Virus record (IMG/VR): IMGVR_UViG_3300021400_000045
Span: 32,001-96,000 of that record
Source of the DNA: a virus
Taxonomy: Duplodnaviria > Caudoviricetes
DNA length: 64,000 bases
Direction: 5' to 3' (one strand)
Shown one piece after another: positions 8,830-18,454 of this stretch. Made by a program: the position numbers and the translations under genes. The stretch's first letter is position 1; each line of letters starts with the position of its first letter. A model generated the notes under the pieces. That model had not been told where the DNA came from and ran no database searches. It was given only the letters and a program-made list of their open reading frames with translations.

Positions 8830-9149
8830 GGCTGCGCACGATGGAGATGGTGAATAAGGTTTGCCCAAGGTGCGGCAATGCCAATTACGTAGTGAGCATC
8901 GGTGAATTCAGCAAAGCATTTCCTTACAAGTGTATAAACTGCAACTCTTATTTGACGGACGAAGATTTTGCCGTGAACAGCAGAGAGCTGAAGGAACATG
9001 TGATGGTCACACCCGAAAGGCGTTACATCAATCCCGACCCGCATTTTGATACATACAGGTGTATGGGGTGTGATTACATGCGTCTGCATTATGGTCAGCG
9101 TTATTGCGGTGGGTGCGGGAATGAGGTGAAGTGGGATGAGACCGATTGA
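8826..9149 (+). CDS. zinc-ribbon protein
   Basis: four CxxC pairs (CPRC, CINC, CMGC, CGGC). Confidence 0.65.
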   Translation: MRLRTMEMVNKVCPRCGNANYVVSIGEFSKAFPYKCINCNSYLTDEDFAVNSRELKEHVMVTPERRYINPDPHFDTYRCMGCDYMRLHYGQRYCGGCGNEVKWDETD

Positions 9150-9489
9150 CGCGGACACGCTAAAAAAAGACCTGACACGGTTCTACTACGGCGATGTAAC
9201 AGCAAGAGAGCTTATTGACGAACAGCCGACCATTGGCTGGATCAGCGTCAAGGATCGCAAGCCGCCAGCGATTCCTGGTACCGGCGAGCACTTCAGGAAA
9301 GAGAACAAGCCCGTACTGTTGCTTGCTGGCAAGCAGGGCTCCGTCTATGTCGGCTGGTACATCGGCGAAGATTACAGAGGGATCGACTGCTACATCTCCC
9401 GTACCAGCCTGAACGCTTTCCAGTACATCACCAGGAAGATCACCCACTGGATGCAGATACCGGAATTGTGTGAGGAGGATCAGCAATGA
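9136..9489 (+). CDS. DUF551-like phage protein
   Basis: MRPIDADTL, WISVKDRKP...ITHWMQIP motifs. Confidence 0.75.
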   Translation: MRPIDADTLKKDLTRFYYGDVTARELIDEQPTIGWISVKDRKPPAIPGTGEHFRKENKPVLLLAGKQGSVYVGWYIGEDYRGIDCYISRTSLNAFQYITRKITHWMQIPELCEEDQQ

Positions 9490-9686
9490 TAACAGTAACG
9501 TTTGACGCGACCGCCCTGTTCATAGGCTTCTTCATCGGAATGTTTGTCGGTGCACTGCTTTCCCTCTTTATCGAAACGCGAGAGGGCGGGCCGTGGAGCG
9601 ATGGATACACAACTGGATACCGTAGCGGAACGGAGCTGCGGAAGTATATTGAAGAGTCAGTAAGAAAAGAATTGTCGAAGGAGTGA
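9486..9686 (+). CDS. small membrane protein
   Basis: hydrophobic N-terminal helix; ATGA coupling. Confidence 0.6.
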   Translation: MITVTFDATALFIGFFIGMFVGALLSLFIETREGGPWSDGYTTGYRSGTELRKYIEESVRKELSKE

Positions 9687-9919
9687 TGAGCATGACCGTG
9701 CGCGACTTGATGGAAGACCTGCTGGACGCGGAATGCCGCGACAGCATAGTGATTACGATCCCCTTGTTGGACGGGACGGAAGCAGTAACGGAAATTGCCG
9801 ACGTGCACGTTCGCAACTGGGGAGTCGAGATCGTGACGGGGATGATCGACGCTGCGCCGAACCCGTGCGCGAACTGTCAGGAGTTCTCCTGCGATGGGTG
9901 TGCGCATGCGAAGGAGTAG
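9683..9919 (+). CDS. hypothetical protein
   Basis: AAGGAG RBS; C-terminal CANCQEFSCDGC. Confidence 0.6.
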   Translation: MMSMTVRDLMEDLLDAECRDSIVITIPLLDGTEAVTEIADVHVRNWGVEIVTGMIDAAPNPCANCQEFSCDGCAHAKE

Positions 9920-9922
9920 CCT

Positions 9923-10213
9923 GTGGACTTGAAAGATTTTGTGATTGATAAGGTGCTTGGCCTGAAATGCGAACCCGTTATAAAAGGAAATGGTACACAA
10001 ATGAGCTTTCAGGAATATGCTGACTGGATTCACGATGACATCACCTGGTGCAGTGACATCGGGTGCGCGTTCATCAACTGTGTGCGGAACCAGGTCAACC
10101 GCCGTAGCAAGGACGGCCCCTATTCGATGGCTGACTTCGCCGGAACGGACGAGTGTCCGCTGGAACACATGAAGAACCAGAGATGGGAGATGACCTATGA
10201 GACTGATCGATAA
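9923..10213 (+). CDS. hypothetical Cys-rich protein
   Basis: DITWC...C...C.RN motif. Confidence 0.6.
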   Translation: MDLKDFVIDKVLGLKCEPVIKGNGTQMSFQEYADWIHDDITWCSDIGCAFINCVRNQVNRRSKDGPYSMADFAGTDECPLEHMKNQRWEMTYETDR

Positions 10214-10484
10214 GGACGCGCTGATCGAGGCCATCGGCGAGGAACCGGAAGTCTGGATACCGGACGATTATACACAGGGCCTCCACGACCAGTGGATCTG
10301 TGATCTGGAAGCGATCAACTCCCTACCGGAGATCAACGCGTGGAACCGCGTCGCCCACTGGACATATGATCGGCCTCACCACTGGTTCTGCTCTTCCTGC
10401 AAGACCATGCAGGGCTTAACGGCGCGGATCATGAACTTCTGTCCCCAGTGCGGAGCGAAAATGGAAGGCGGTGCTACCGAATGA
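10197..10484 (+). CDS. zinc-ribbon phage protein
   Basis: MRLID.DAL...CSSC...NFCPQCGAKM. Confidence 0.75.
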   Translation: MRLIDKDALIEAIGEEPEVWIPDDYTQGLHDQWICDLEAINSLPEINAWNRVAHWTYDRPHHWFCSSCKTMQGLTARIMNFCPQCGAKMEGGATE

Positions 10485-10597
10485 GTCCGCTGGCTGTCGT
10501 CGCGTTGTTGTTTCTGATACTGCTCGCCCTGCTCGTCGGCTTTATGGGCGGAGTGATCTACTCTGTCGACCATAATGTAAAGGAGATTTTGAAATGA
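10481..10597 (+). CDS. 38-aa membrane peptide (not in ORF track)
   Basis: MSPLAVVALLFLILLALLVGFMGGVIYSV...; ATGA overlaps on both sides. Confidence 0.6.
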   Translation: MSPLAVVALLFLILLALLVGFMGGVIYSVDHNVKEILK

Positions 10598-10884
10598 GTA
10601 TTGTTGCTGTCGTGATTATCTGCTCCCTGCTGTTCCTGCTCGGCTTCACCACCACCGCCGCCATGTTCTGCATGCGTGAACGGAATACCGCCAATGACCG
10701 TTACAACCGTCTGTACGAGGCGTGGCACAATCAGGTCGAAGAGATCACCAATCTTCAGTCCGACATCGCCTGGGCGGAATCGCAGAGGGACTACTGGTGT
10801 GACAAGTATAACGACATCGTCGCTCCCGAACCTTCCAAGACCAGCATCGCCGTGCCCGCCACGAAGGAAGGTGATGTGGCTTGA
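10594..10884 (+). CDS. membrane-anchored coiled-coil protein
   Basis: N-terminal TM helix, AAGGAG RBS. Confidence 0.65.
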   Translation: MSIVAVVIICSLLFLLGFTTTAAMFCMRERNTANDRYNRLYEAWHNQVEEITNLQSDIAWAESQRDYWCDKYNDIVAPEPSKTSIAVPATKEGDVA

Positions 10885-10988
10885 TCAGTGTCTGGCATCT
10901 CGTGTGGATCATGCCGCTGTCTGCGGTCTTCGGTCTCTTCGTCGCAGTGCTTGCGATCGCGGCGAAATTCAGAGGTGATGCGGAATGA
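10881..10988 (+). CDS. 35-aa membrane peptide (not in ORF track)
   Basis: TTG start after AAGGTGA; MISVWHLVWIMPLSAVFGLFVAVLAIAAKFRGDAE*; stop overlaps next ATG. Confidence 0.5.
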   Translation: MISVWHLVWIMPLSAVFGLFVAVLAIAAKFRGDAE

Positions 10989-11845
10989 ATATGCCATTGC
11001 TGCGTGCAGAGCAGATCTGGGAAATCCTCATTGAGTTCATCAGGAATCCCTACGGCGTTGCCGGTGTAATATGCAACCTGTATGCGGAGTCTGGTTTGAA
11101 CCCGAAAAACCTGCAAAACAGCTACGAGCGCCGCCTTGAAATGTCGGACGATGAATACACCAAAGCAGTGGATGAAGGCCGGTACAAGGATTTTGCCACG
11201 GACTCGGCGGGCTATGGTCTGGCTCAGTGGACGTACCGTTCACGGAAGCAGAACCTGCTGGCCTTCGCCAAAGCTGTCGGCCAATCCATTGGCAACATGA
11301 ATATGCAGTGCCTCTTCCTCTGTCTGGAGCTGTACAATTACTCCATCGTGCTGGCCAAGCTCAAGAACGCCACGTCCGTCCGCGAAGCGTCCGACGCCTT
11401 CTACTATCAGTACGAGAAGCCATCGTCCTCGTCAAGCGACGACACGTCCTCTGCGGACAACCGCGCTGCATTTGGTGAGGAATTCTATCGGGCCTTCGGT
11501 AATATCGGGCCGAAGCAGGATCTGTCCGGTCTGGAGTACCGGGTTCTGAAGCGCGGAAGTAAGGGCGACGATGTGGCGAAGCTGCAGCGCGGACTGAAAA
11601 ATCTGGGTTACACGCTGGATGTGGACGGCGGGTACGGCGTTCTCACGGAACGTCAGGTGATGCAGTTCCAGTCCGACCACGGGCTGGCGGTGGATGGCAA
11701 GGCCGGTGCTTTCACACAGGTCATCGTGAGCCATCTGTTGGAAATGCAGAACGACAAGTACTACACCGTGCGCGTCAAAGGACTCACAGAGACGGAGGCG
11801 ATGGATCTCAAGGCCCGGTATCCCGACGCCGAAATTATTAACTAA
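10985..11845 (+). CDS. phage-tail-lysozyme-type muramidase with peptidoglycan-binding domain
   Basis: GVAGVICNLYAESGL and GYGLAQWT (Phage_lysozyme2); LKRGSKGDDVAKLQ..L..LGY..VDG.YG..T (PG_binding_1). Confidence 0.88.
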   Translation: MNMPLLRAEQIWEILIEFIRNPYGVAGVICNLYAESGLNPKNLQNSYERRLEMSDDEYTKAVDEGRYKDFATDSAGYGLAQWTYRSRKQNLLAFAKAVGQSIGNMNMQCLFLCLELYNYSIVLAKLKNATSVREASDAFYYQYEKPSSSSSDDTSSADNRAAFGEEFYRAFGNIGPKQDLSGLEYRVLKRGSKGDDVAKLQRGLKNLGYTLDVDGGYGVLTERQVMQFQSDHGLAVDGKAGAFTQVIVSHLLEMQNDKYYTVRVKGLTETEAMDLKARYPDAEIIN

Positions 11846-11977
11846 TTGTTAAGTTCGGTTCACAAAATGTTTCAGTTTGACGGACACGTTCCCAAATTTT
11901 GGGATTGCGCCGAAAACGTCTGATAATACATCAGATTTATCATATAGTTCTTCCCGTTTTCCGGTCAAAAGTTGTCC

Positions 11978-12006
11978 TTTACAGGAACGCGATTGGCCGT
12001 TATCAT
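11978..12006 (+). promoter_or_regulatory. probable sigmaA promoter of replication operon
   Basis: TTTACA-17 bp-TATCAT in a 200-bp AT-rich intergenic gap. Confidence 0.5.
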
Positions 12007-12050
12007 AGATGTGCGATCGCTACCAAATGCATTGAAAGAGGAGTAAGTGA

Positions 12051-13130
12051 ATGAACGATTGTTTTGTTGTACGCAAGGTGGCCGAGCTGAAACCGCATCC
12101 CAAGAATGATTACTTCTTCGACGCGATCGAAGGCGACAAGTGGGTCGAGTTCGTCGAGTCGGTCAAGCTCCACGGCGTCATCAATCCCATAGTCATCGCT
12201 CCTGATGGAACCATCATCAGCGGGCACATGCGGGTGAGCGCGTGTAAAGCACTCGGAATCGAAACCATCAAGTGCTTCGTTCTGGATGTCGATGAGGACG
12301 ACCAGGAAGTCGCCCTGATTGAGAGCAACATCCGCCAACGTGGCGTGGTCAACAGCCCGTCGGTCAAGCTGGGGCGTGTCATTAAGGCGCTTGAAAAGTA
12401 CAAGTCAAAGAATGAGGTACGCAATGAGCTTCGGATCGACCGCAAGACAGTCAGCCGTTCCAAGTGCCTCGCCGACCTGCCGGAAGAGGTGCAGGAGCTG
12501 GTGGATCTGGAGGTGATCACGCCGACCACAGCGCTGAAAGTAGTACGAAAGCTCACGCCTGAACAGCAGGTGGAGCTCGCCAAGCAGCTCGATCCCATCC
12601 GTCAGTACACGGAGCGGGAGATCTCAGCCGCTATTGCGGAGCAGTTCACGTCACGGGAAAAGATCGAGGAGCTGGAGAACCGCCTCGTCGAGTTCCAGAA
12701 CAGCGCTGGCGAGGATGAGCTGGCACTCCGGCAGAAGATCAACGAGCTGACCGAGCGTGAGCGTAAGGCGTATGAAGACCTTCAGGCGGAGAAGAAGTCA
12801 AAGAAGCATCTGATCGCGGACTATGAACGCCGCATCGAGAATGTGGAGTCCCTGCTGGAAGGTGCGGCTAACAACACCCTTGACCTAGCGACCCTGGTCG
12901 AGGAACGGGATGAGTATCAGCAGAGCGCTGAGTCCGCGCAACGAGACGCAGACCTGATGCTCCTCTGCTCTCTGGTGGAGACGGCGGCAAACGGTCTGGC
13001 TGAAGTCTCCAATGACCCCACGCCGCTGTACGGCGGCTTGTCAGACCGGGCTATCAACGGAATAAACAGATTGCAGGACACTCTGGCGCGGATCACATCC
13101 CGCCTTCAGGCAGTCCACGGAGCGGCGTAA
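12051..13130 (+). CDS. ParB/Srx N-terminal domain protein
   Basis: LKPHPKN...GVINPIVI..DGTIISGHMRVSAC..LG; LIESNIRQR; coiled-coil C-terminus. Confidence 0.85.
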   Translation: MNDCFVVRKVAELKPHPKNDYFFDAIEGDKWVEFVESVKLHGVINPIVIAPDGTIISGHMRVSACKALGIETIKCFVLDVDEDDQEVALIESNIRQRGVVNSPSVKLGRVIKALEKYKSKNEVRNELRIDRKTVSRSKCLADLPEEVQELVDLEVITPTTALKVVRKLTPEQQVELAKQLDPIRQYTEREISAAIAEQFTSREKIEELENRLVEFQNSAGEDELALRQKINELTERERKAYEDLQAEKKSKKHLIADYERRIENVESLLEGAANNTLDLATLVEERDEYQQSAESAQRDADLMLLCSLVETAANGLAEVSNDPTPLYGGLSDRAINGINRLQDTLARITSRLQAVHGAA

Positions 13131-13214
13131 AATCGCCGCTCTTTCCTATATTGGGTTTACCCAATTATTATGTATCGATGATGCTGTATCACCCTGTATC
13201 ACGAAAGGAGTCAC

Positions 13215-13946
13215 ATGGAAAAGAAAGACGAAGTCGCCGAGCTGAATTTGTATCAGCGTCTGGCAAAGGTGCGCGATATCGCCGATGTCGTACAGAAGAA
13301 CAAGAGTGGGTATGGCTACAAGTACACATCGGAGGACGAGATCCTCGCAAAGGTCAAGGCCGGTATGTCCAAGTACCGTGTGTCTGTGTATCCGCGAGTG
13401 GACACGGAGTCCTTTGAAAACGTGCCGCGAGAGTATGAGAAGAGCAAGTACGACAAGTCCGCTGGGAAGATGGTCACCACCAAGGAAGTGGAATGGGTCG
13501 TGCGCGGGGTCGTCATGTACAAGATCCTGAATGACGATAACCCCGAAGAGTTCTTCGAGGTTGCGTGGCCCATGTGCGGAACGCAGTCGGACATGTCTCA
13601 GGCTTTCGGCTCCGCGCTGACCTACGCCAACCGCTACTTCTATCTGAAGTTCTTCAACATCGCCACGTCCGAGGATGATCCCGATGAGTGGAAGCGCAAG
13701 AAGATGGAAGCCGCAGAAGCGGAAGACAAGGAAGCCGCCGACGCTATGATCCAGCGGATCGACGACCTCTGCAAAGAGATGGTCACGGACGCGAACAAGG
13801 CCGAGGTGACCAGCCTGATCAAGAAGTACGCCACCGACGGCGGCAAGCCGACGGCCAATTACAAGCGGATCAGGAAGCTCGACGAGGCCACCAAACTGTA
13901 CACCGCACTGACGAACTACTTTAATGATGTCAAGGAGGAAAAGTAA
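13215..13946 (+). CDS. ERF-family ssDNA annealing protein
   Basis: KNKSGYGYKY; QAFGSALTYANRYF...FNIAT.EDDPD ERF motif. Confidence 0.88.
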   Translation: MEKKDEVAELNLYQRLAKVRDIADVVQKNKSGYGYKYTSEDEILAKVKAGMSKYRVSVYPRVDTESFENVPREYEKSKYDKSAGKMVTTKEVEWVVRGVVMYKILNDDNPEEFFEVAWPMCGTQSDMSQAFGSALTYANRYFYLKFFNIATSEDDPDEWKRKKMEAAEAEDKEAADAMIQRIDDLCKEMVTDANKAEVTSLIKKYATDGGKPTANYKRIRKLDEATKLYTALTNYFNDVKEEK

Positions 13947-13947
13947 T

Positions 13948-14394
13948 ATGGGATTTCGTGATGGCGCTTATTGCAAACTGTGGAAGCTGGATACTTCCCG
14001 CAAGTTCCCTCAGGGGCAGATCTCTATCTCACGCAAGGACAAGCAGACGGGCGAGTATGTGGATGACTTCAGCGGCTATGTAGACTTCATGGGCGAAGCC
14101 GCGAACGCGATCCAGAAGATCCCTGCCCAGGGCCGGTTCAAGATCAAGGGCTGTGATGTCTCCCGTATCTGGAGCAAGGAAAAGCAGCGCGAGTTCATCA
14201 ACTTCCGTATCTTCGATCTGGAACCGGTCGAGCAGAACAGTGCCGCTCCCGCCCAGCGCTCAGCCAAGAGCAAGACCAACGATGACATGAGCGTCGCCGA
14301 ACTGGAAGCCCGTCTCGCGGAGGCGAAGATGAAGGCGGCTGGCAAGAAAGTGGCGACTGATAATGAGGATGAGGATGAACTCCCTTTTGATTGA
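13948..14394 (+). CDS. ssb: single-stranded DNA-binding protein
   Basis: OB-like N-terminus, acidic tail ending DEDELPFD; follows ERF. Confidence 0.75.
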   Translation: MGFRDGAYCKLWKLDTSRKFPQGQISISRKDKQTGEYVDDFSGYVDFMGEAANAIQKIPAQGRFKIKGCDVSRIWSKEKQREFINFRIFDLEPVEQNSAAPAQRSAKSKTNDDMSVAELEARLAEAKMKAAGKKVATDNEDEDELPFD

Positions 14395-14434
14395 CGGGTT
14401 AGCCTTCCCAACACAAAAAGGTGGGTGTTAAATC

Positions 14435-15184
14435 ATGAGTTCAGTCTTGTTTTCAGACTGGGTCTGGAGCTACAGCCGTCTCACTCTGTATGAACAGTGC
14501 CCCTATGCGTTCGCGCTCAAGTACATCTACGGCGAGCCTAACGGCCAGACCAACTTCTACGCCGGGTTCGGTACGTACATGCACCGCATACACGAGCTGT
14601 TCTATACCGGAGTCCTGAAGCAGGAAGACCTCGTCCCCTACTACATCGAGCACTTCGATGAAGTCGGGTATCACAAGGGCCGCAGCAAGTACTTCGTGGA
14701 AGGCCTCAATTATCTGGAGGGCGGGATACAGGTTGTCCCGTCCTCTGTTCTTGGGGTGGAGCAGGTGATCAACTTCAAGGTTGACAAATACGACTTCACC
14801 GGCGTCATCGACCTGCTGTACAAAAACGCAGATGGAACGCTCACGATCTGTGACCACAAGTCCCACCCGCTCCAGCCGCGCTCGAACCGGAAGAAGCCAA
14901 CGGCCAGCGACCGCGAACTGGACTCCTATCTAAAACAGCTTTATCTCTATGCCCACGGCGTTCATCAGCTGGGGTTAGGAGATGTAGGGGTGCTCCAGTT
15001 CAACTGCTTCAGGATTGCTAAAACATTGGATAATATTTATTTGAAAGAGAAGGAAGAGGAAGCCGTGGCGTGGGCGGTCGACACCATCAGGTCAGCCGAA
15101 AACGCGGAGCGGTTTCCTCCGTTCCAGGACTGGTTCTATTGCCATAATCTGTGCGACCACCGTGAGGTGTGTGAATACAAATAA
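14435..15184 (+). CDS. PD-(D/E)XK (RecB/Cas4-like) nuclease
   Basis: SYSRL..Y.QCP, GVIDL, DHKS, QLYLYA, terminal CxxxC..C. Confidence 0.85.
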   Translation: MSSVLFSDWVWSYSRLTLYEQCPYAFALKYIYGEPNGQTNFYAGFGTYMHRIHELFYTGVLKQEDLVPYYIEHFDEVGYHKGRSKYFVEGLNYLEGGIQVVPSSVLGVEQVINFKVDKYDFTGVIDLLYKNADGTLTICDHKSHPLQPRSNRKKPTASDRELDSYLKQLYLYAHGVHQLGLGDVGVLQFNCFRIAKTLDNIYLKEKEEEAVAWAVDTIRSAENAERFPPFQDWFYCHNLCDHREVCEYK

Positions 15185-15189
15185 GGGGG

Positions 15190-17163
15190 ATGGGTATGGA
15201 GCAGATATCGAAAGAGTCTATACAGGAAGCAAAGGAAAAGCTCGGAGACAGACAGGCGGACATGATCGCCGATATCCTCTCCCTCAAGCAGTATAACCCG
15301 TCCAGGCACATCGCCTGCTGTCCTCTGCACGACGACAAGACACCGTCCTTCAGTTACAACGCCCGGAGCGGAAGCTATTTCTGCTTCGGGTGTCATCGTT
15401 CTGTGGACATCCTTGACGCGTGGATGATGAAGGGCGACACGTTCCTGCAAGCGGTGGAAAAACTGTTTCAGGAAGCGGAGATGCCGCACAACTTCTCCTA
15501 TCGTGGCGTCAGGGATAATGAGGAGACGGAGTTCTGCTACCCTGAACCGAAGTACGCCCCGTCCAAGGAGCATGTGTACGCCTACTGGAAGAAGCGCTGT
15601 ATCTCCCCTGAGACCATCGACGCGATGGACGTGCAGGAAGATCCCGACGGCAACACTTTGTTTCAGTTCTACGACTCGGCAGATGTGCTCCGCGCCGTCA
15701 AGTTCCGCCCCTCCCGCCCTGTGCCCCACGGCGAGCGCAAGTGCTGGTGGATGAAGGACGAGAAGAACCGTGACCTCAAACCCTATGTCGGGCTCCTGTT
15801 CAATCAGCACAAGCTTAACATCTCGGAGCCAATCATCATCTGCACCGGCGAGGGTGACGCGATGGCGGCGTATGAGTGCGGCTTTCACAACGCCTCCAGC
15901 ATTCCCGGCGGCGATCAGAACCTGAACTGGGTCTCCTATCAGTGGGGCTTTCTGGACAAGTGCCACCAGTTCGTCCTCGTCTATGACAACGATGACTCCG
16001 GCAGGAAGTACATCAAGGAGATTACGCGCCGCCTCGGCGAGGAACGCTGCAAGGTGGTAGATCTCCCGGAGACCTGGGAAATGCCAGACGGCTCCACAAA
16101 GCGCATCAAAGACCTGAACGAGCTCTTGTTCTACGGCGGCAAGGACGCCGTCATTAACGCCATCAACAATGCGCAGGAGCGGCAGATCGAGTCTGTCATC
16201 GACTGCTCCGACGTGCAGGATATCGACATGGACGGCATCGACGGCATGAAGACCGGCTTCAAGGAGCTGGACTCCTGCATCAACCGCTCCTACTGTGGCA
16301 CAGTGTCAATCGTCACCGGCGTCCCCGGCGCTGGCAAAACGTCCTTCCTCTCCACCATCATCAATGAGGGCGTGGATCAGGGCTTCCCCACCTGGGTCTA
16401 CTCCGGCGAGCTTTCCAATAACGCGCTCAGAAACTGGACGATCAAGTGCCGCGCCGGTCAGTACTGGCTGGACAAGGTGGAGCGTGACGGATTCACTTCC
16501 TACCAGATCAGGCCCGAAGCCATCAAAAAGATGGACGAGTTCTACCGTGACAAGCTCCTCTTCTTCAAGGACACCTACGACGCCACGCCTGATGCGCTCT
16601 TCCACTCGCTGGAGTCCTGCGTCAGAAAGTACGGTGTGAAGATGGCTGTGATCGACAACCTGTCTTCCGTCAACCTCGGCTCCTTCGGTGACAAGTACTG
16701 GGACATGCAAAACCAGTTCATCCGCGATTGCATTGCCACGGCGAAGCGGCTGGATGTGGTCATGTGGATCGTCCTGCACCCCAAGAAGATGGTGGAGTTC
16801 AACCACGCGCCCGAACTGTATGATCTGTCCGGCTCTGTTTCGGCGGCGAACCTCGCGCACCGCGTGTTCTCCCTGTACAGGGTCAAGGAGGAGGATCGCC
16901 AGCCCGACAAGAACGGCAAACGCCGCCCGTACACGGACTGCTCCGTCCAGCTGCACATCATCAAAGACCGCTTCACCAGCGCTCTGGGCCGCGTCTATCC
17001 CCTGTACTATGATCCCAGCAGTCGCCGCTTCTACGATAATCTGGATACCCTCAGGAAAAACTATGCGTGGGATACGCAGGAGCACAAGGAGCCTCTGCCT
17101 TATCTGACTGAGGAACAGCTGCGCATGGCCAGCGGGGAAGCCGACGATAGCGATCCGTTTTAA
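15190..17163 (+). CDS. fused primase-helicase (CHC2 zinc finger, TOPRIM, DnaB/SF4 helicase)
   Basis: CCPLHDDKTPSF...CFGC; TGEGDAMA, YDNDDSG; Walker A GVPGAGKT; IDNL; HPKK; IKDR. Confidence 0.92.
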   Translation: MGMEQISKESIQEAKEKLGDRQADMIADILSLKQYNPSRHIACCPLHDDKTPSFSYNARSGSYFCFGCHRSVDILDAWMMKGDTFLQAVEKLFQEAEMPHNFSYRGVRDNEETEFCYPEPKYAPSKEHVYAYWKKRCISPETIDAMDVQEDPDGNTLFQFYDSADVLRAVKFRPSRPVPHGERKCWWMKDEKNRDLKPYVGLLFNQHKLNISEPIIICTGEGDAMAAYECGFHNASSIPGGDQNLNWVSYQWGFLDKCHQFVLVYDNDDSGRKYIKEITRRLGEERCKVVDLPETWEMPDGSTKRIKDLNELLFYGGKDAVINAINNAQERQIESVIDCSDVQDIDMDGIDGMKTGFKELDSCINRSYCGTVSIVTGVPGAGKTSFLSTIINEGVDQGFPTWVYSGELSNNALRNWTIKCRAGQYWLDKVERDGFTSYQIRPEAIKKMDEFYRDKLLFFKDTYDATPDALFHSLESCVRKYGVKMAVIDNLSSVNLGSFGDKYWDMQNQFIRDCIATAKRLDVVMWIVLHPKKMVEFNHAPELYDLSGSVSAANLAHRVFSLYRVKEEDRQPDKNGKRRPYTDCSVQLHIIKDRFTSALGRVYPLYYDPSSRRFYDNLDTLRKNYAWDTQEHKEPLPYLTEEQLRMASGEADDSDPF

Positions 17164-17217
17164 CTTTCGTTTATCTTATGACTTGAATCAAGTTACGATA
17201 CATTTTGAGGTTAAGAT

Positions 17218-17445
17218 ATGAAAAAAGAAGAACGCGATATCATGGCCGATATGTTCTACTTCCTGCGCGACTTCGGCGATCCTCCCCCTCCCGGCACAAA
17301 GGAGAGTGCCCCCTTCTGGGAGAAGGCATCTGACTCCATCGCCTCCGTCGTGGGCAAGAAGTGGCAAAACCATCCACTTGCCATGCAGGTCGGTATCACC
17401 ATGTACAACTACATCGTGGACAAGAGCAAGGGTGTGATCGGGTGA
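17218..17445 (+). CDS. hypothetical protein
   Basis: GAGGT RBS; 75 aa. Confidence 0.65.
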   Translation: MKKEERDIMADMFYFLRDFGDPPPPGTKESAPFWEKASDSIASVVGKKWQNHPLAMQVGITMYNYIVDKSKGVIG

Positions 17446-17491
17446 TGGATAAGTGGACAGAACTGCGGGAGACCATATAGGAGAACAAAGT

Positions 17492-17836
17492 ATGATAGAT
17501 TATAGTCTTGCCAAACAGACAGACGAACTCAAAAGGCTGATCACAGAGCATCCAGATTATCAAATCGTTGTGCTTGCTGGTGAGGAGGCAAACGGCGGCG
17601 ATTATACGTGGATGTGCTGTAGCGATGTCAGGTTTGCTACCGGTGAAATCTTAGACACAGACTATTACGATTATAACGATACCATTATTACCGATAGAGA
17701 GCGTCTTGAAGAAATAATAGAAGATCGTCTTTATGATGAGTTAAAAGGCGATGAGCTTGACAAAGCCGTGAAAGACAAGATGGCAGAGCTTGAACCGTAT
17801 TGGAAGAATGTTATTTTTATATACGCAACAAACTAA
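17492..17836 (+). CDS. cassette gene 1, hypothetical acidic protein
   Basis: ATG 8 nt after TAGGAG; stop TAA inside next repeat. Confidence 0.8.
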   Translation: MIDYSLAKQTDELKRLITEHPDYQIVVLAGEEANGGDYTWMCCSDVRFATGEILDTDYYDYNDTIITDRERLEEIIEDRLYDELKGDELDKAVKDKMAELEPYWKNVIFIYATN

Positions 17837-17852
17837 AATAGGAGGATAACGT

Positions 17853-17987
17853 ATGAACGTGTTCTTTGCTATGTTTGGTGTTGCGATTGGAGTGTTGCTA
17901 TATCGCCTGATTATCGCACCAATTGAACGCAAAAAGGCCAGAGAAGAATGTATCCGTAAAGGCCTTGTGCCGCGTGGCAAGACTTAA
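17853..17987 (+). CDS. cassette gene 2, 44-aa membrane peptide
   Basis: MNVFFAMFGVAIGVLLYRLII...; bounded exactly by repeats. Confidence 0.7.
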   Translation: MNVFFAMFGVAIGVLLYRLIIAPIERKKAREECIRKGLVPRGKT

Positions 17988-18002
17988 ATAGGAGTTTAGA
18001 AG

Positions 18003-18110
18003 ATGATTGAATGGCTTATGGCACATATCATCGAGGTGTATTACAAGATAGTTGAGATCGCATATGGAAAGTATACTTTTAAGAAATGCTATCGTATTCA
18101 TTTGCGTTAA
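18003..18110 (+). CDS. cassette gene 3, 35-aa peptide
   Basis: MIEWLMAHIIEVYYKIVEIAYGK...; bounded exactly by repeats. Confidence 0.6.
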   Translation: MIEWLMAHIIEVYYKIVEIAYGKYTFKKCYRIHLR

Positions 18111-18126
18111 ATAGGAGGTTTAGTGC

Positions 18127-18438
18127 ATGAGTAGTATGCCATTTACTATTGGGCTTTCGGTTGTTGACCGTCTGGAGCCAGTGGATGGTAGTGTAATACT
18201 TCGGACGAAAACCCGTGATGAAATGAGCGATGAAGTAAACCGTATTCAGGAAATGCTATCAAAGAACGACTTAATTAAGGTGTGCCCTATTGGTTTAAGG
18301 CCGGATAAGCCGATACCAACAGCGATGTATTTTACTGAAATTTGTATTAGCAAAAACAAGGCCGAAGAATGGATGTTTTCATTAGGACTATTTAGCGGTG
18401 CCTGGCCTTGTGTTGTCACGGGGAGAGCGGTAACTTAA
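18127..18438 (+). CDS. cassette gene 4, hypothetical protein
   Basis: 103 aa; bounded exactly by repeats. Confidence 0.75.
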   Translation: MSSMPFTIGLSVVDRLEPVDGSVILRTKTRDEMSDEVNRIQEMLSKNDLIKVCPIGLRPDKPIPTAMYFTEICISKNKAEEWMFSLGLFSGAWPCVVTGRAVT

Positions 18439-18454
18439 ATAGGAGAATAAGACA

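Noticed and set aside
11846-12050. Replication origin in the AT-rich gap before parB
   Set aside because: Only one short palindrome (TCCCAAATTTTGGGA) and promoter-like boxes; no iterons or DnaA-box cluster recognised.
14435-15184. Cas4/CRISPR adaptation gene
   Set aside because: Its context (ERF, SSB, primase) indicates a phage recombination exonuclease.
17179-17217. Possible tenth cassette site or palindrome ACTTGA-A-TCAAGT before ORF 17218
   Set aside because: It lacks the AAA-TAGGAG core, and the ORF has backbone-like GC content. More likely a promoter or operator.
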